From contig CBDCCS010000022.1 in assembly GCA_965214935.1 (NCBI GenBank), positions 96,001-160,000 on the forward strand: a DNA stretch of 64,000 nucleotides, read 5' to 3'. Source of the DNA: Candidatus Velthaea sp. GTDB lineage: Bacteria > Vulcanimicrobiota > Vulcanimicrobiia > Vulcanimicrobiales > Vulcanimicrobiaceae. Within the stretch, counting starts at the first letter, position 1. Each line of letters starts with the position of its first letter. Shown one piece after another: positions 29,386-41,271 of this stretch. Under the pieces are notes generated by a model. That model saw only the letters and a program-made list of their open reading frames with translations. It made no database searches and was not told the DNA's origin. A program made the position numbers and the translations under genes.

Positions 29386-30135
29386 CTAAACGCGCTCCAA
29401 CCTGCGAGCAACAGTTATCTCGTCGAACGAGCGAAACATCGGGAAAGCAACGTGCACCGGCGCGATCTTAGCGGCGCCGGTTAAAGCAGCACCGTCGTCT
29501 TGCTCGCGCGCAACAAGCGCGACTTGCCACCCGGCAGCGTGCGCCGCTTCAAGTTCCACGTCGCGATCGGACAAGAAGAGAATGTCGGCCGGCGTCATTG
29601 CAATCTCCGCGCTTATGCGCCGGTACGCATCGGCTTCGATCTTCGCGCCGATCATCGTATCGAAATAGCCGCGGAATAGCGGCGTTAGATCGCCCGCCGT
29701 ACTATGTTCGAACAACAGCTTCTGTGCCGCGATCGAGCCCGATGAATAGACGTACAGTGGAAGCCCGGCAGCGTGCCAGCGCCTCAAGCCCGCGGCGGCG
29801 TCGGCATACACGTGTCCCCGCAGCACGCCTTGCGCGTAGCCCTCGGCCCAAATGTACCCTTGCAGCGTTTTGAGCGGCGTCGCTTTGCGATCCTCATCGA
29901 TCCAAGCCCGCAGGATGGCAGCGATACGGTCGTCCGAAGCATCGGGCTCGCCGGCTAACGCCGCGGCGTCGCGTAGCGCTTGCGTAACGAGCGCATCATC
30001 GCGCTTCGCCCGCAAAAAGATATCGATGCGTTCGCGCGCGTACGGAAAGAGCACGTCGTGAACGAATGCGACCGACCCGGTCGTACCTTCTATATCGGTA
30101 ACGACTGCGCCGCAGTGAAACCGCGGCGCAGTCAT
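29386..30135 (-). CDS. mtnC: Enolase-phosphatase E1
   Basis: TDIEGTT, FV.DVLFPYA, DRKATPLK.LQG.IW, YVYSSGS, LFLSD. Confidence 0.93.
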   Translation of the reverse strand: MTAPRFHCGAVVTDIEGTTGSVAFVHDVLFPYARERIDIFLRAKRDDALVTQALRDAAALAGEPDASDDRIAAILRAWIDEDRKATPLKTLQGYIWAEGYAQGVLRGHVYADAAAGLRRWHAAGLPLYVYSSGSIAAQKLLFEHSTAGDLTPLFRGYFDTMIGAKIEADAYRRISAEIAMTPADILFLSDRDVELEAAHAAGWQVALVAREQDDGAALTGAAKIAPVHVAFPMFRSFDEITVARRLERV

Positions 30136-30144
30136 GGCGTCTCG

Positions 30145-30705
30145 CTATTCGTAGCGAGGAAAGCGCGCCGCGATTGTATCGCCGGTAAATTCCGGCACCC
30201 AGCCGGTTTGATTGTTGAACCAGCGAATCGCGATGAACTCAGGATCCGGCCCCATGTCGAACCAGTGCCGCGTTCCGGCCGGTACGCTGATGAGATCGCC
30301 GCGGACGCAAATGGCCTGATAGACACGCCCGCCCAGGCGTAGATAGAACGAACCGGAGCCGGCGACAAAAAACCGAACTTCGTCTTCGGTGTGCGCGTGT
30401 TCGTCGAGGAATTTGCGCCGAACGGCATCGACGTTCGGCGTGCCTTTGGCGAGCGCCAACACGTCGACGGTCGCATAACCGCCGGCTTGCTGCACGCGTT
30501 CGACCGATGACCGATAAGCGGCGAGGATCGTCGCATGGTCGGCTCCCGCGGGCAGTTCGCGATCTGCATTCCAGCGCTCGAAACGTACGCCGACTTCGGC
30601 AAGTTCGCGCGCAATCTCGGCGCCGTCGGTAACCTCACGCGAAACACTCGCGTCGGCCTCATCAAAAATCCGCAAGGTCGAACGCTGTTCGGTTATAACG
30701 CTCAT
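30145..30705 (-). CDS. mtnD: Acireductone dioxygenase
   Basis: FLDEHAHTEDEVRFFV, GDLISVPAGTRHWFDMG. Confidence 0.95.
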   Translation of the reverse strand: MSVITEQRSTLRIFDEADASVSREVTDGAEIARELAEVGVRFERWNADRELPAGADHATILAAYRSSVERVQQAGGYATVDVLALAKGTPNVDAVRRKFLDEHAHTEDEVRFFVAGSGSFYLRLGGRVYQAICVRGDLISVPAGTRHWFDMGPDPEFIAIRWFNNQTGWVPEFTGDTIAARFPRYE

Positions 30706-31325
30706 CGGCTAAGTCTCCGTTCTTCAAGGGTACAGCAAAGTAAGAACTCGATGCCTTCGAGATGGCGGCGCGCTTCTTCCATCGTGCGCCCCCAAACGTA
30801 TAAACCGTGCCCGGCGAGCAAGTAGCCCGGAACGGATGACGCATTGCCTAACCGCGCTTCAACGCGTGCCGCTAAGGCAACCGTGTCTTGCGCGTTGTCA
30901 AAAATCGGCAGTACCACATCCGACTCATGCGTCGTGATGCCGTTCAACGCTTTATGCATCTCGAAGCCCGACAGCCACAGCACGCCGTCACGTGCATACA
31001 GCCGCGAGAGCACCGTGGCGGCTACGGTATGCACGTGGACGACTGCACCGATGGTTGCATCCGCACGATAACGCGCCAGATGAAGCGGCGTCTCGGCCGA
31101 CATGCCGGGCGGAATCGGACCGTGCAGGCCGACGGCTGCAATCTGCGCCGAACCCAGCGCCCCCTTATCAACGCCCGACCGCGTAATCGCAATTGTCTCG
31201 GCGTCGATCCGGGCAGAAAAGTTACCGCTCGTGGCGGGCACCCAATTGCGAGCGGACGCAAATCGGCCGATCGCAGCGATCGCTTCGACGACGGCCGTGT
31301 CGACGGCCGGCTCTAGCTCCATCAT
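30702..31325 (-). CDS. mtnB: Methylthioribulose-1-phosphate dehydratase
   Basis: WVPATSGNFS, SAETPLH, HVHT, GHGLYVWG, RHLEG.EFL. Confidence 0.93.
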   Translation of the reverse strand: MMELEPAVDTAVVEAIAAIGRFASARNWVPATSGNFSARIDAETIAITRSGVDKGALGSAQIAAVGLHGPIPPGMSAETPLHLARYRADATIGAVVHVHTVAATVLSRLYARDGVLWLSGFEMHKALNGITTHESDVVLPIFDNAQDTVALAARVEARLGNASSVPGYLLAGHGLYVWGRTMEEARRHLEGIEFLLCCTLEERRLSR

Positions 31326-31376
31326 CACTGCTACGACCGTTCCAGGGCAGCCACGGTTGCGCACGAACCCCACTGG

Positions 31377-32129
31377 ATGATCGTCAAGACGTCGCATGTG
31401 GATCTGCCGGCGGAGCAAACGCCGATGCGTTTGCTCGTCGCTGAACCGGCGACGAATACCGGCCGCTATCCCGGCCTGCTACTCTTTAGCGACATCTTTG
31501 CGCTGACGCCGTCGATGACGCGAGCCGTCATTCGCTTTGCCAGCTACGGGTTTGTCGTCGCGGCGCCGGAATTCTATCACCGCACCGAAGCGCCCGGAAC
31601 GTTCATCCCCTTCGAAGCCCGCGAGCATGCGTTCGCAGCAATGGAAGCAACGCTGGCCGAGCACTTCGATGCCGACACGCGAACGGCGCTCGACTACCTC
31701 GGGACGCATCCGCGCGTACGCACGGGTGCGCTCGGCGTTACCGGCTTTTGCATCGGCGGGCATCTCACGGTACGGGCGGCACTACAACCGGACGTCCGCG
31801 CCGGCGTTGCGTTTTACCCGACCGGCCTCCACGCGAATTCGCTGGGCGGAAGCGCCGACGCCGACACGCTCAGCCACGTCGAAAAAGGCGGCATTGCAGG
31901 CCGTGTTTCTCTTGTTTTCGGCAGCAAAGACCCGCACATTCCACTCGATGCGATCACCAAGGTCCAGACGGCATTTGCCGGCAGCCGCACCGACTATCTC
32001 ATTTCGTTTTACGATGGCGAGCATGCGTTTATGCGCGATGAAGGCGAACGCTGGAACGCCAGCGAGACCGATCGCGCATATTCCGCCGCGGTCGACTTCT
32101 TGCGCGAAACGCTCGATCCGGTCGGCTAA
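31377..32129 (+). CDS. Dienelactone hydrolase family protein
   Basis: GFCIGG nucleophile, DPHIP, HAFMRDEG. Confidence 0.9.
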   Translation: MIVKTSHVDLPAEQTPMRLLVAEPATNTGRYPGLLLFSDIFALTPSMTRAVIRFASYGFVVAAPEFYHRTEAPGTFIPFEAREHAFAAMEATLAEHFDADTRTALDYLGTHPRVRTGALGVTGFCIGGHLTVRAALQPDVRAGVAFYPTGLHANSLGGSADADTLSHVEKGGIAGRVSLVFGSKDPHIPLDAITKVQTAFAGSRTDYLISFYDGEHAFMRDEGERWNASETDRAYSAAVDFLRETLDPVG

Positions 32130-32143
32130 CGTCCGGCATAGCG

Positions 32144-32476
32144 ATGCCCGATGACGATCGGCGTTTAGTCTACTCGACCGACGATTCGCTTCCGCTTCCG
32201 AAACGCGAGAAGCGCAAAGCTGCGGCGCCGCCGAACGCGTTACCCAACGACGGCATCGTGCGCGTACTGCGCGAGAAACGCCGCGCAAGCTCCGTGACGA
32301 TCGTGCATGGCGTTCCATCCGCCGACGTCGATCGAATCGGCAAGGAGTTGCGCCGGCTCTGCGGCACGGGCGGGACTACTAAGAACGGCACCATCGAGTT
32401 GCAAGGCGATCATCGCGACACGGTCGTGGCGTATCTCAGCGCGCAAGGCCTTCGCGTCAAGCGCGCCGGCGGGTAG
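32144..32476 (+). CDS. yciH: SUI1/YciH translation initiation factor-like protein
   Basis: RLVYSTD; CGTGGT.K.G.IELQGDHR; KRAGG. Confidence 0.92.
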   Translation: MPDDDRRLVYSTDDSLPLPKREKRKAAAPPNALPNDGIVRVLREKRRASSVTIVHGVPSADVDRIGKELRRLCGTGGTTKNGTIELQGDHRDTVVAYLSAQGLRVKRAGG

Positions 32477-32493
32477 GCGGCGATCGGCTCGCG

Positions 32494-33456
32494 CTACGGC
32501 AGCGCGGCACCCCGCGCGTGAACGTAGAGCGCGTAAACGGACGTTCCGGCCGTCATGAACAGCCGATTCTTCTGCCGGCCGCCGAAGACGAGATTGGCGC
32601 AGCCTTCCGGCAAGTGAATTTTGCCGATTAGATCGCCGCCGGGCGTGTAACACCGCACGCCGTCCTCCTCGGGCGCGCCCCAGCCCATGCTGGCCCAGAC
32701 ATTGCCGTCGCTGTCGATCCGGATGCCGTCGGTTAGACCAGGCGCAAAATCTTCGGCAAATATGCGCCCATTGCGCACGGCCGCGCCGTGGACGTCAAAG
32801 ACCCGAATATGCGCCGGTCCACCGTGCGTGATGCCGCTATCGACGATATAGAGCTGCGACTCGTCGGGTGAAAACGCCAGGCCGTTCGGACGGACGAAGT
32901 CGTCCGCAACGATCGTTGCTTTGCCGCCGATCGGGTCGATCCGATAGACGCGCACCGGCAACTCGAATTCGCTTTCAAAACCTTCGTAGTCGCTGAGGAT
33001 ACCGTAACCCGGATCGGTGAACCATATAGCGCCGTCCGCGGCGACGACGACGTCATTGGGTGCGCATAAGCGCTTACCGTCGAAGCGATCGAGCAGCACG
33101 CTGATGGACCCGTTATGTTCGGTGCGGGTGACGCGCCGCGCACCGTGCTCGCAGGTGACGAGGCGACCTTCTCGATCGCGCGTGTTGCCGTTCGCATGTT
33201 GCGAGGGTGACCGGAAGACGCTGACATGACCGTCTTCTTCAAGCCAGCGCATCATGCGATTGTTGGGGATATCGCTCCAAACGAGATAGCCGCCGTCGGG
33301 AAAGTACGCCGGCCCTTCCGCCCAGCGGTACCCGGTTGCAATGCGCTCTATCGCCGCGTTGCCGATCTTGTGCTTAAAACGCGGGTCGAGCTTCTCAACG
33401 AACGGATTGGGATAGCGCGACCCGGTCAGCGTCCCTAATGGAAGATTCGTACTCAC
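32494..33456 (-). CDS. SMP-30/gluconolactonase family protein
   Basis: WAEGP, WSDIPNNR, PND, PNGLAFSPDE, DG.R.D..GN, ANLVFGG; GTG start inferred. Confidence 0.9.
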   Translation of the reverse strand: MSTNLPLGTLTGSRYPNPFVEKLDPRFKHKIGNAAIERIATGYRWAEGPAYFPDGGYLVWSDIPNNRMMRWLEEDGHVSVFRSPSQHANGNTRDREGRLVTCEHGARRVTRTEHNGSISVLLDRFDGKRLCAPNDVVVAADGAIWFTDPGYGILSDYEGFESEFELPVRVYRIDPIGGKATIVADDFVRPNGLAFSPDESQLYIVDSGITHGGPAHIRVFDVHGAAVRNGRIFAEDFAPGLTDGIRIDSDGNVWASMGWGAPEEDGVRCYTPGGDLIGKIHLPEGCANLVFGGRQKNRLFMTAGTSVYALYVHARGAALP

Positions 33457-33614
33457 GGAACGTGGCGTTCGCCGAACCGGCTCAGGACACCGCGCCGGAC
33501 CGACATCCCGGTTGATAGATGCGTTCTCGTATGGCAGATGCCGTTTCGGTCGAGGATGCGGATGATGCAACGGCTGTCACTCGGCGCTCCGAAGCGCACC
33601 GCTTCATTGTCAAT

Positions 33615-33824
33615 TTACCAATGATGAGGCTGAAGGTATTCGTGCATTCTGCGCCCTGCCAGCAGAGCAAAGCTAACAATTGCCACGAACATCGAAATCG
33701 AATACATCTGCCGAGTTCGTGCAGACCGGGCCAGGAGTTTGCTAGTGGCCACGACCATGCGTAGCAGATAGATTCCGAGCAGCAGAACGCTGCTCGCGAC
33801 GATCGCGGAGAGAAATGAAACCAC
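33615..33824 (-). CDS. Small two-TM membrane protein
   Basis: GTG after AAGGA; two hydrophobic segments. Confidence 0.5.
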   Translation of the reverse strand: MVSFLSAIVASSVLLLGIYLLRMVVATSKLLARSARTRQMYSISMFVAIVSFALLAGRRMHEYLQPHHW

Positions 33825-34015
33825 GTTGCCGTTGTCCTTTTGCGAGTACGGAGCGCGCGTCACAGACGAGGCGACCGATTGCGGCGCAGGCCTGACAGTT
33901 ACCGGCATTCCGCCCGCTTGGTATCGTAATCGTCGGGCGTTGAAAACCGCTGTATCCCGGATTCGCCAAACGACGTGCTTGCGTTAAGCAAACCCGGGAT
34001 GCGCGTTGTTTCCGT

Positions 34016-35245
34016 TTACGCCGTAAGCGGTGCGAGCTCGCGGTCGACTTCGCCTTTTAGGCCTGCGGACGCCCGCAGCATCTCGGCTTTGTCGACCTTT
34101 TCCCACGGCAAATCGAGATCCGGACGACCGAAGTGGCCGTATGCAGCGGTCTGCAGATAGATCGGACGGCGCAGCGTGAGATTATGGATGATTGCCGCCG
34201 GCCGCAAATCGAAATGATCGCGCACCAGATCGGCAATCCGTGCTTCGTCGATCGTGTTGGTGCCGAACGTTTCAACGAAGACCGAAACCGGGTGCGCAAC
34301 GCCGATCGCATACGCAACTTGCACTTCGCACCGCGTAGCGAGGCCCGCAGCAACAACGTTTTTGGCGACGTAGCGTGCAGCATACGCCGCCGAGCGGTCG
34401 ACTTTGGTCGGGTCCTTACCCGAAAACGCACCGCCGCCGTGCCGTGCCATTCCGCCATAGGTATCGGCGATAATTTTGCGGCCGGTCAGTCCGGCGTCGC
34501 CCTTGGGACCACCGGTCACGAACCGGCCGGTCGGATTGACGAAGACCCGCAACTTATTGTCGCGTAGCCCGCGCGGGATCACCTGATCGATGATCCCCTC
34601 GGTGACCTCGCGCCGGATGACTTCGAGCGGGACATCCGGATCGTGCTGGGTCGAGATAACGACGGTATCGACACGGACAGGCCGGTCGCCGTCATACTCG
34701 ACGGTTACTTGCGATTTGCCGTCCGGCCGCAAATAGCGAATGTCACCATTCTTGCGCGTCGATGCAAGGAGCCGGGTTAAATCGTGCGCGAGGACAATCG
34801 GCAAAGGCATGAGCGAGCTGGTCTCGCGGCACGCGTACCCGAACATCATGCCTTGATCGCCGGCCCCGGTCAGCTCGAATTCGTCACTGCCGCCGGTCGA
34901 CTTTACTTCGAGCGAACGATCGACGCCCATCGCAATATCGGGCGACTGTTCGTCGATCGAAACACTGACGCCGCATGTTTCGGCATCGAATCCGACGGCC
35001 GATTTCGTGTAGCCGATATCGGCGATCGTCTTGCGAACGATCTTTGGAATGTCGATGTACGTCGTCGTCGTCACTTCACCGGCAATGTGAATCTGGCCGG
35101 TGATCGCGAACGTCTCGACGGCCACGCGGCCGGCTGGATCGTCGGTGAGTATGGCATCGAGAACGGCATCCGAAATCTGGTCGGCCACCTTATCGGGGTG
35201 GCCCTCCGTTACCGACTCCGATGTAAATAGCCGGCGTAGCGCCAA
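34016..35245 (-). CDS. metK: S-adenosylmethionine synthetase
   Basis: [35 protein letters not shown]. Confidence 0.98.
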   Translation of the reverse strand: MALRRLFTSESVTEGHPDKVADQISDAVLDAILTDDPAGRVAVETFAITGQIHIAGEVTTTTYIDIPKIVRKTIADIGYTKSAVGFDAETCGVSVSIDEQSPDIAMGVDRSLEVKSTGGSDEFELTGAGDQGMMFGYACRETSSLMPLPIVLAHDLTRLLASTRKNGDIRYLRPDGKSQVTVEYDGDRPVRVDTVVISTQHDPDVPLEVIRREVTEGIIDQVIPRGLRDNKLRVFVNPTGRFVTGGPKGDAGLTGRKIIADTYGGMARHGGGAFSGKDPTKVDRSAAYAARYVAKNVVAAGLATRCEVQVAYAIGVAHPVSVFVETFGTNTIDEARIADLVRDHFDLRPAAIIHNLTLRRPIYLQTAAYGHFGRPDLDLPWEKVDKAEMLRASAGLKGEVDRELAPLTA

Positions 35246-36529
<1,284 letters not shown>

Positions 36530-36691
36530 CTAATGTGCGGGGAAGTTGGTGCGGCCGCTGATCTTTGAAACAATCTTAAAACGGACGTCTGCACGTTCGA
36601 CGCATTGGGGTGAGCACCCGTTTCGGGCAAAGTGACAAAGGTCAAGCTTCAGCCGAAGGCCGTTTTGCCGCGCAACCCGTAGCCGTCGGCC

Positions 36692-37303
36692 GTGCTTGAT
36701 TTGAAAGCGTATTTAAACGGCCTTGCCTCAGCTGAGCCGACGCCCGGCGGCGGCAGCGCGGCGGCACTCGTCGGTGCCTTGGGAGCCGCACTCGTTGCAA
36801 TGGTTGCCCGCATCACGCTGGGCAGCGACCGGCATCGCGCGGTGCACGCGCAAGCCGTGCTGCTGGTCGGCGCAGCCGACGGCCTGCGTTCGCAATTCGT
36901 TCAAGCGCGAATCCGCGATGAAGCCGCATACCGCGCGGTCGTCACAGCGCAAGGGCTCGCGCGCACGACCGAAGCCGACAAGGCGTTGCGCGGCGAGCAG
37001 CTGCAACAGGCGTTGATCGGTGCGGCCGAAGCGCCGCTGCAGGTCGCGCAAAGCGCAGTCGAGCTGTTCGACATGTGCGAACGGGCCGCAGGCTTGCACA
37101 ATGCTCAGCTCATGAGCGATGTTGCGTGTGCGATCGCGTTTGCCCGCGCCGCCTTCGACGCCTCGGCCGCGAACGTTCGAATCAATCACCGGTTCATCAA
37201 AGCCCCGCACATCATAGCGTTGCAAAGCGAGCGGCTTGCGACCGCATTACACGCCGCCGAAAGCGGCGAACGGCGCGCCCGAACCATCGTCGAGGAGCTG
37301 TAA
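36692..37303 (+). CDS. Formiminotransferase-cyclodeaminase C-terminal (cyclodeaminase/cyclohydrolase) family
   Basis: LAS..PTPGGGSAAA, D..AY, SDV, NVRIN. Confidence 0.88.
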   Translation: MLDLKAYLNGLASAEPTPGGGSAAALVGALGAALVAMVARITLGSDRHRAVHAQAVLLVGAADGLRSQFVQARIRDEAAYRAVVTAQGLARTTEADKALRGEQLQQALIGAAEAPLQVAQSAVELFDMCERAAGLHNAQLMSDVACAIAFARAAFDASAANVRINHRFIKAPHIIALQSERLATALHAAESGERRARTIVEEL

Positions 37304-37400
37304 GCTCGAACAACGCGCGCACGGCGCACCGAATGGCGCGAGGATTCGCCGCACGCCCGGTCCATCTTAGTGCCTTGCACGACGATACAAGGAGGGCGAC

Positions 37401-38810
37401 TTGGCAGCACTTCTCGGCCGCATCAAGCCGATTCACACCATTCTCGAGCAAAGCGCGGCCGAACACACGGATAAGGCGCTCAAGAAAACTCTTGGTGTCT
37501 GGGGACTGACGGCGCTGGGCATCGGGGCGATCATCGGTACCGGTATTTTCGTGCTGACCGGCAAGGCGGCCGCGCTTAATGCCGGCCCGGCCATCGTCTT
37601 GTCGTTCGTGGTCGCCGGAATAATCAGCGCGCTTGCGGCGCTTTGTTATGCCGAGCTTGCCTCGAGCGTCCCGGTTTCCGGCAGCGCATACACGTACGTC
37701 TATGCAACGCTCGGCGAATTTATCGCGTGGATTGTCGGCTGGGGACTTATCTTAGAGTACGCGCTGGGTGCTGCGACCGTTGCGATCGGCTGGTCCGGCT
37801 ACTTTTCCGATTTTTTGTCGGCAACGTTCGGGGTAGCGATTCCTAAAGCGCTCGCTGCCAATCCGTTCGACGGCGGGATCGTCAACTTGCCTGCCGCACT
37901 CATTATTTTGCTGATCACCGCACTGCTTATGCGCGGGACGAACGAAAGCGTAACGGTCAACAAGATCATCGTCGCCGTGAAGCTGCTTGTCGTCTTCTTT
38001 TTCATCGCGATCGGTGTCGGCCATGTCAATCCGGCGAATTGGCATCCGTTTGCGCCGTTCGGTTTTAACGGGATCATCAACGGTGCCGGACTGGTTTTCT
38101 TTGCGTATATCGGTTTCGACGCCGTTTCGACGTCGGCCGAAGAAGTGAAAAATCCGGGCCGCGATTTGCCGCGCGGAATTATCGGCAGCTTAGCGGTTTG
38201 CACGCTCCTGTATATTATCGTTTCCGCCGTTCTGACCGGAATTATTTCCTACAAACGGCTCAACGTGCCGTCACCCGTGTCGTATTCGCTCATCCAGATC
38301 GGGCTCGGCTGGGCGGGTGCGATCGTTGCCGTCGGCGCGATCGCCGGTCTAACGACCGTCTTGCTCGTGTTGCTCTACGGTCAAAGCCGCGTTTTCTTCG
38401 CAATGTCGCGCGATGGATTGATACCCGGCATTTTCTCGCACGTCCACCCGAAGTTTCGCACGCCGTATCTTTCGTCGCTGACCATCGGCACGATCGTGGC
38501 CGCCGTTGCCGCGCTCGCACAACTCGATGTCGTCGCCAATCTGGTCAACATCGGAACGCTCGCGGCGTTCGCGCTGGTTTCAGTCGGCGTCATCGTGTTG
38601 CGAAGAACGCAGCCGGACCTCAAGCGAAGTTTTCGCGTCCCCTTCAGTCCGGTCGTGCCGGCGCTATCCGCGCTCGGTTCCGTTTATTTGATCACGCGCG
38701 GCCTGCCGCTACTGACCGTCGTCAGTTATCTTGCCTGGCTCGTCATCGGTCTGGTTATCTACTTTACGTACAGCCGCAAACGCAGTAAAGTCGCGACGGC
38801 AAACGATTGA
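37401..38810 (+). CDS. APC-family amino acid permease
   Basis: GAIIGTGIF, GSAY.Y, FFAYIGFD, RTP, NIGTL.AF. Confidence 0.93.
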   Translation: MAALLGRIKPIHTILEQSAAEHTDKALKKTLGVWGLTALGIGAIIGTGIFVLTGKAAALNAGPAIVLSFVVAGIISALAALCYAELASSVPVSGSAYTYVYATLGEFIAWIVGWGLILEYALGAATVAIGWSGYFSDFLSATFGVAIPKALAANPFDGGIVNLPAALIILLITALLMRGTNESVTVNKIIVAVKLLVVFFFIAIGVGHVNPANWHPFAPFGFNGIINGAGLVFFAYIGFDAVSTSAEEVKNPGRDLPRGIIGSLAVCTLLYIIVSAVLTGIISYKRLNVPSPVSYSLIQIGLGWAGAIVAVGAIAGLTTVLLVLLYGQSRVFFAMSRDGLIPGIFSHVHPKFRTPYLSSLTIGTIVAAVAALAQLDVVANLVNIGTLAAFALVSVGVIVLRRTQPDLKRSFRVPFSPVVPALSALGSVYLITRGLPLLTVVSYLAWLVIGLVIYFTYSRKRSKVATAND

Positions 38811-38821
38811 CTAGCGATGCG

Positions 38822-40312
38822 TTAGCGGAACGCCGTTCTGACGTACGTTGCAACCGCGCTGACTTGTTCGGCTGAAAGCACCGATGGGTAGAGCTTCGGC
38901 ATTGCGCCCGAAGGTTGCTCGATTTTGGCAATCGTTGCAGACAGCGTCAGGCGCCCGGCAATGCCGCGTAGATCCGGTCCGACGCCGCCTTGTCCGCCGG
39001 CGGCATGACACGCTGCGCAATTCGTCGCGTAGAGCGGTGCACCACTGTCCGACGATGCAGCGATTGCGCTTGCCACGGGAGCAACGGCGCGCATGACGGG
39101 AGCCGCTGCTGCGCCCGGAAACGGACGGCGGATCCACGGACCTGCCCACGTAAGCTGATACCCCATGACGGGACGTTGACCGACGCTCGATACATTTTCG
39201 AGCGTCAGAATGAGATTGGGAATCGGATTGAACGCGACGTCGGTCACGTAATTATTTTGTTGCAGACCTAATCCGTCATTCGTTCGTTCGAAACGCCCAT
39301 CGAGATGCAGCCAGCTATTCGGATTAACGATTGCTTCGAGCGATACACCATTGCTCCCCGACGATCCGGCTCCGTCGAGCGGGTTATTGTCCTGTCCGAT
39401 GAGCGCCATCGCATTTATGCTATAAAAGGTCGATGTCGAGTATGAAAGTAACGCCATTTCCCGGGTGAAGCGATCGCGGCTACCCGACGGCAGCGGCGAC
39501 GTACCGGCGATCGTTGCAAAACCGCCCGTTACATGTGCGGCAGGCGCCAAAAATTGCAAAGAACCGACAAAGCTTTGACCTTCACCGCTGTCGCCGAAAA
39601 CGTTCCGGTAAGCACCTTCGATGGGACCGCTATTCGTGACGTAGGCGGCCGTCCCGATGAGCCCGCTGCGACCGATTTGCGTATACGACGCGCCCCAGCG
39701 GTTGTCGCCGAGGCCGACGGTGTTCAAACCGACAGGCATTGCTGCAAGCGAATAACCGGCTAGTGACAGCGACTGGCTCAGCCATGGCGCAAAAACCGGC
39801 GTTGGGAATTTACCCACCTGCACGCTCGCGTTGCCCGCCGAAAATCCGTTATACGCAGCCCAGACCTGGTCGACTGCGGCGGTCGGAAAACCGCGACTGA
39901 TGACCGGTACCGACGCATAGTACGAAACGGTCTGCCCGAGATAACCGCCGCCCAAAAAGCGGCCGCTACCGGCAACATTCGGCGTATTCGAAGGATTCGA
40001 GTTCGAGCCGTTACCGTCAACTTCAATCGAGAACGGATCGCGCAGGCTCTCTTGCATTTGTTGATGCGCGTTGAGTCCGCGCACGAAGTTCGTCCCCAGA
40101 ATGTAACGCCCGTACGCATTGAGGTTCGGCGGCGCGTTATGACACGTCTGGCAACTCACGCCGCCGCCGTTTGCAAAGACCGGAATCGCCTGCGCGGCGA
40201 CCGGATTACACGCAACAACGACCAGCGATGCGATGCAATACTTGGTCTGCCGGCGAACGTCGTCGAGAGATAGCGTTCGCAAACGGCGGACGACGCTGCG
40301 CACATTGACCAT
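38822..40312 (-). CDS. Cyc2-like cytochrome/porin fusion with additional C-terminal class I cytochrome c
   Basis: RBS GGAGG; AIPVFANGGGVSCQTCH..PPNLN.YGR after the signal peptide; Gly/Asn/aromatic beta-like middle; Ala-rich linker; CAACH...GAMP. Confidence 0.7.
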   Translation of the reverse strand: MVNVRSVVRRLRTLSLDDVRRQTKYCIASLVVVACNPVAAQAIPVFANGGGVSCQTCHNAPPNLNAYGRYILGTNFVRGLNAHQQMQESLRDPFSIEVDGNGSNSNPSNTPNVAGSGRFLGGGYLGQTVSYYASVPVISRGFPTAAVDQVWAAYNGFSAGNASVQVGKFPTPVFAPWLSQSLSLAGYSLAAMPVGLNTVGLGDNRWGASYTQIGRSGLIGTAAYVTNSGPIEGAYRNVFGDSGEGQSFVGSLQFLAPAAHVTGGFATIAGTSPLPSGSRDRFTREMALLSYSTSTFYSINAMALIGQDNNPLDGAGSSGSNGVSLEAIVNPNSWLHLDGRFERTNDGLGLQQNNYVTDVAFNPIPNLILTLENVSSVGQRPVMGYQLTWAGPWIRRPFPGAAAAPVMRAVAPVASAIAASSDSGAPLYATNCAACHAAGGQGGVGPDLRGIAGRLTLSATIAKIEQPSGAMPKLYPSVLSAEQVSAVATYVRTAFR

Positions 40313-40623
40313 GGCAACCTCCGGTCGGGCCGAACGCGTGCGACATGGCGCCGCAGCGGCCCAGCTAAGTGTAGCCGATCGAGAATTACCTGTGTATCGT
40401 TAAAAACGCGGTGCTATCGTCCTACGTCCGGTCGGTCGGAACGCGCGTATGAGAGAGCGCACGACCTTGCTGGGGCCGATCAAGAACGCAGCGAATATCG
40501 TCGGCATCCGCGACCGTGCATTCGAGGTACGATCGCCGTGGTTAACGAGTCACGCTCCCGTCATGCGATGTGCCGCAGGCGCCACGTCAAGGCTGCTGCC
40601 GGGCAGGCGCGAAATCCCTGTGA

Positions 40624-41193
40624 ATGACGAGCGTAGCGCGCGAACGCGATGGCGGTGATGCGTTCTCCCGAATCAGCGGTATGCCGCCGGCGTATTTCGA
40701 GCGCTCGAAGGCGCATTATCCACGCAGCGACATGAGCGCGCTGCGCGTCTTCTTGGCCTTGCGGACCGCTGCACGGCGCGTTGATAACGCGGTCGGCAAC
40801 TGGCTCGACCGCAACGACATCACGCTCACGAAACTCGATGTCTTACATCTTTTGGCTTCGGCAGAACCCGGCGGTATGACCGTCGGTCAGCTCCGTGATT
40901 TCTTGCGCATGACTCAGCCCAATGTCACCTTTGTCATGCATGCACTCGAACGGGACAAGCTCGTCAAGCGTTCAGCCGATCCGGCCGATCGCCGCAGCTC
41001 GCTTTTCTTCGTTAGTAAGGCCGGTCGTGCGCGCATGGAAGAAGTCTCGGCCGATCATCTCGGAGCGATCGGTGCTGCGCTGCGGGCATTTGATGAGGCC
41101 GAACGCGACCGGTTTATCGCCATGCTGGCGACCATCGTCGAAAATTTCGAGGCGGTCGAGGCAGCACCGCCCGGTGACGACCCGGCTGTCTGA
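40624..41193 (+). CDS. MarR-family transcriptional regulator
   Basis: Winged helix with LE...LVKR..DP.DRR. Confidence 0.88.
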   Translation: MTSVARERDGGDAFSRISGMPPAYFERSKAHYPRSDMSALRVFLALRTAARRVDNAVGNWLDRNDITLTKLDVLHLLASAEPGGMTVGQLRDFLRMTQPNVTFVMHALERDKLVKRSADPADRRSSLFFVSKAGRARMEEVSADHLGAIGAALRAFDEAERDRFIAMLATIVENFEAVEAAPPGDDPAV

Positions 41194-41271
41194 TCGTCCG
41201 GCGGGTTGACAAGGCACGGCGATCGCAGTAAATACTGCATAGATATCTATATAGAGCCTTATTGAGGTCGA

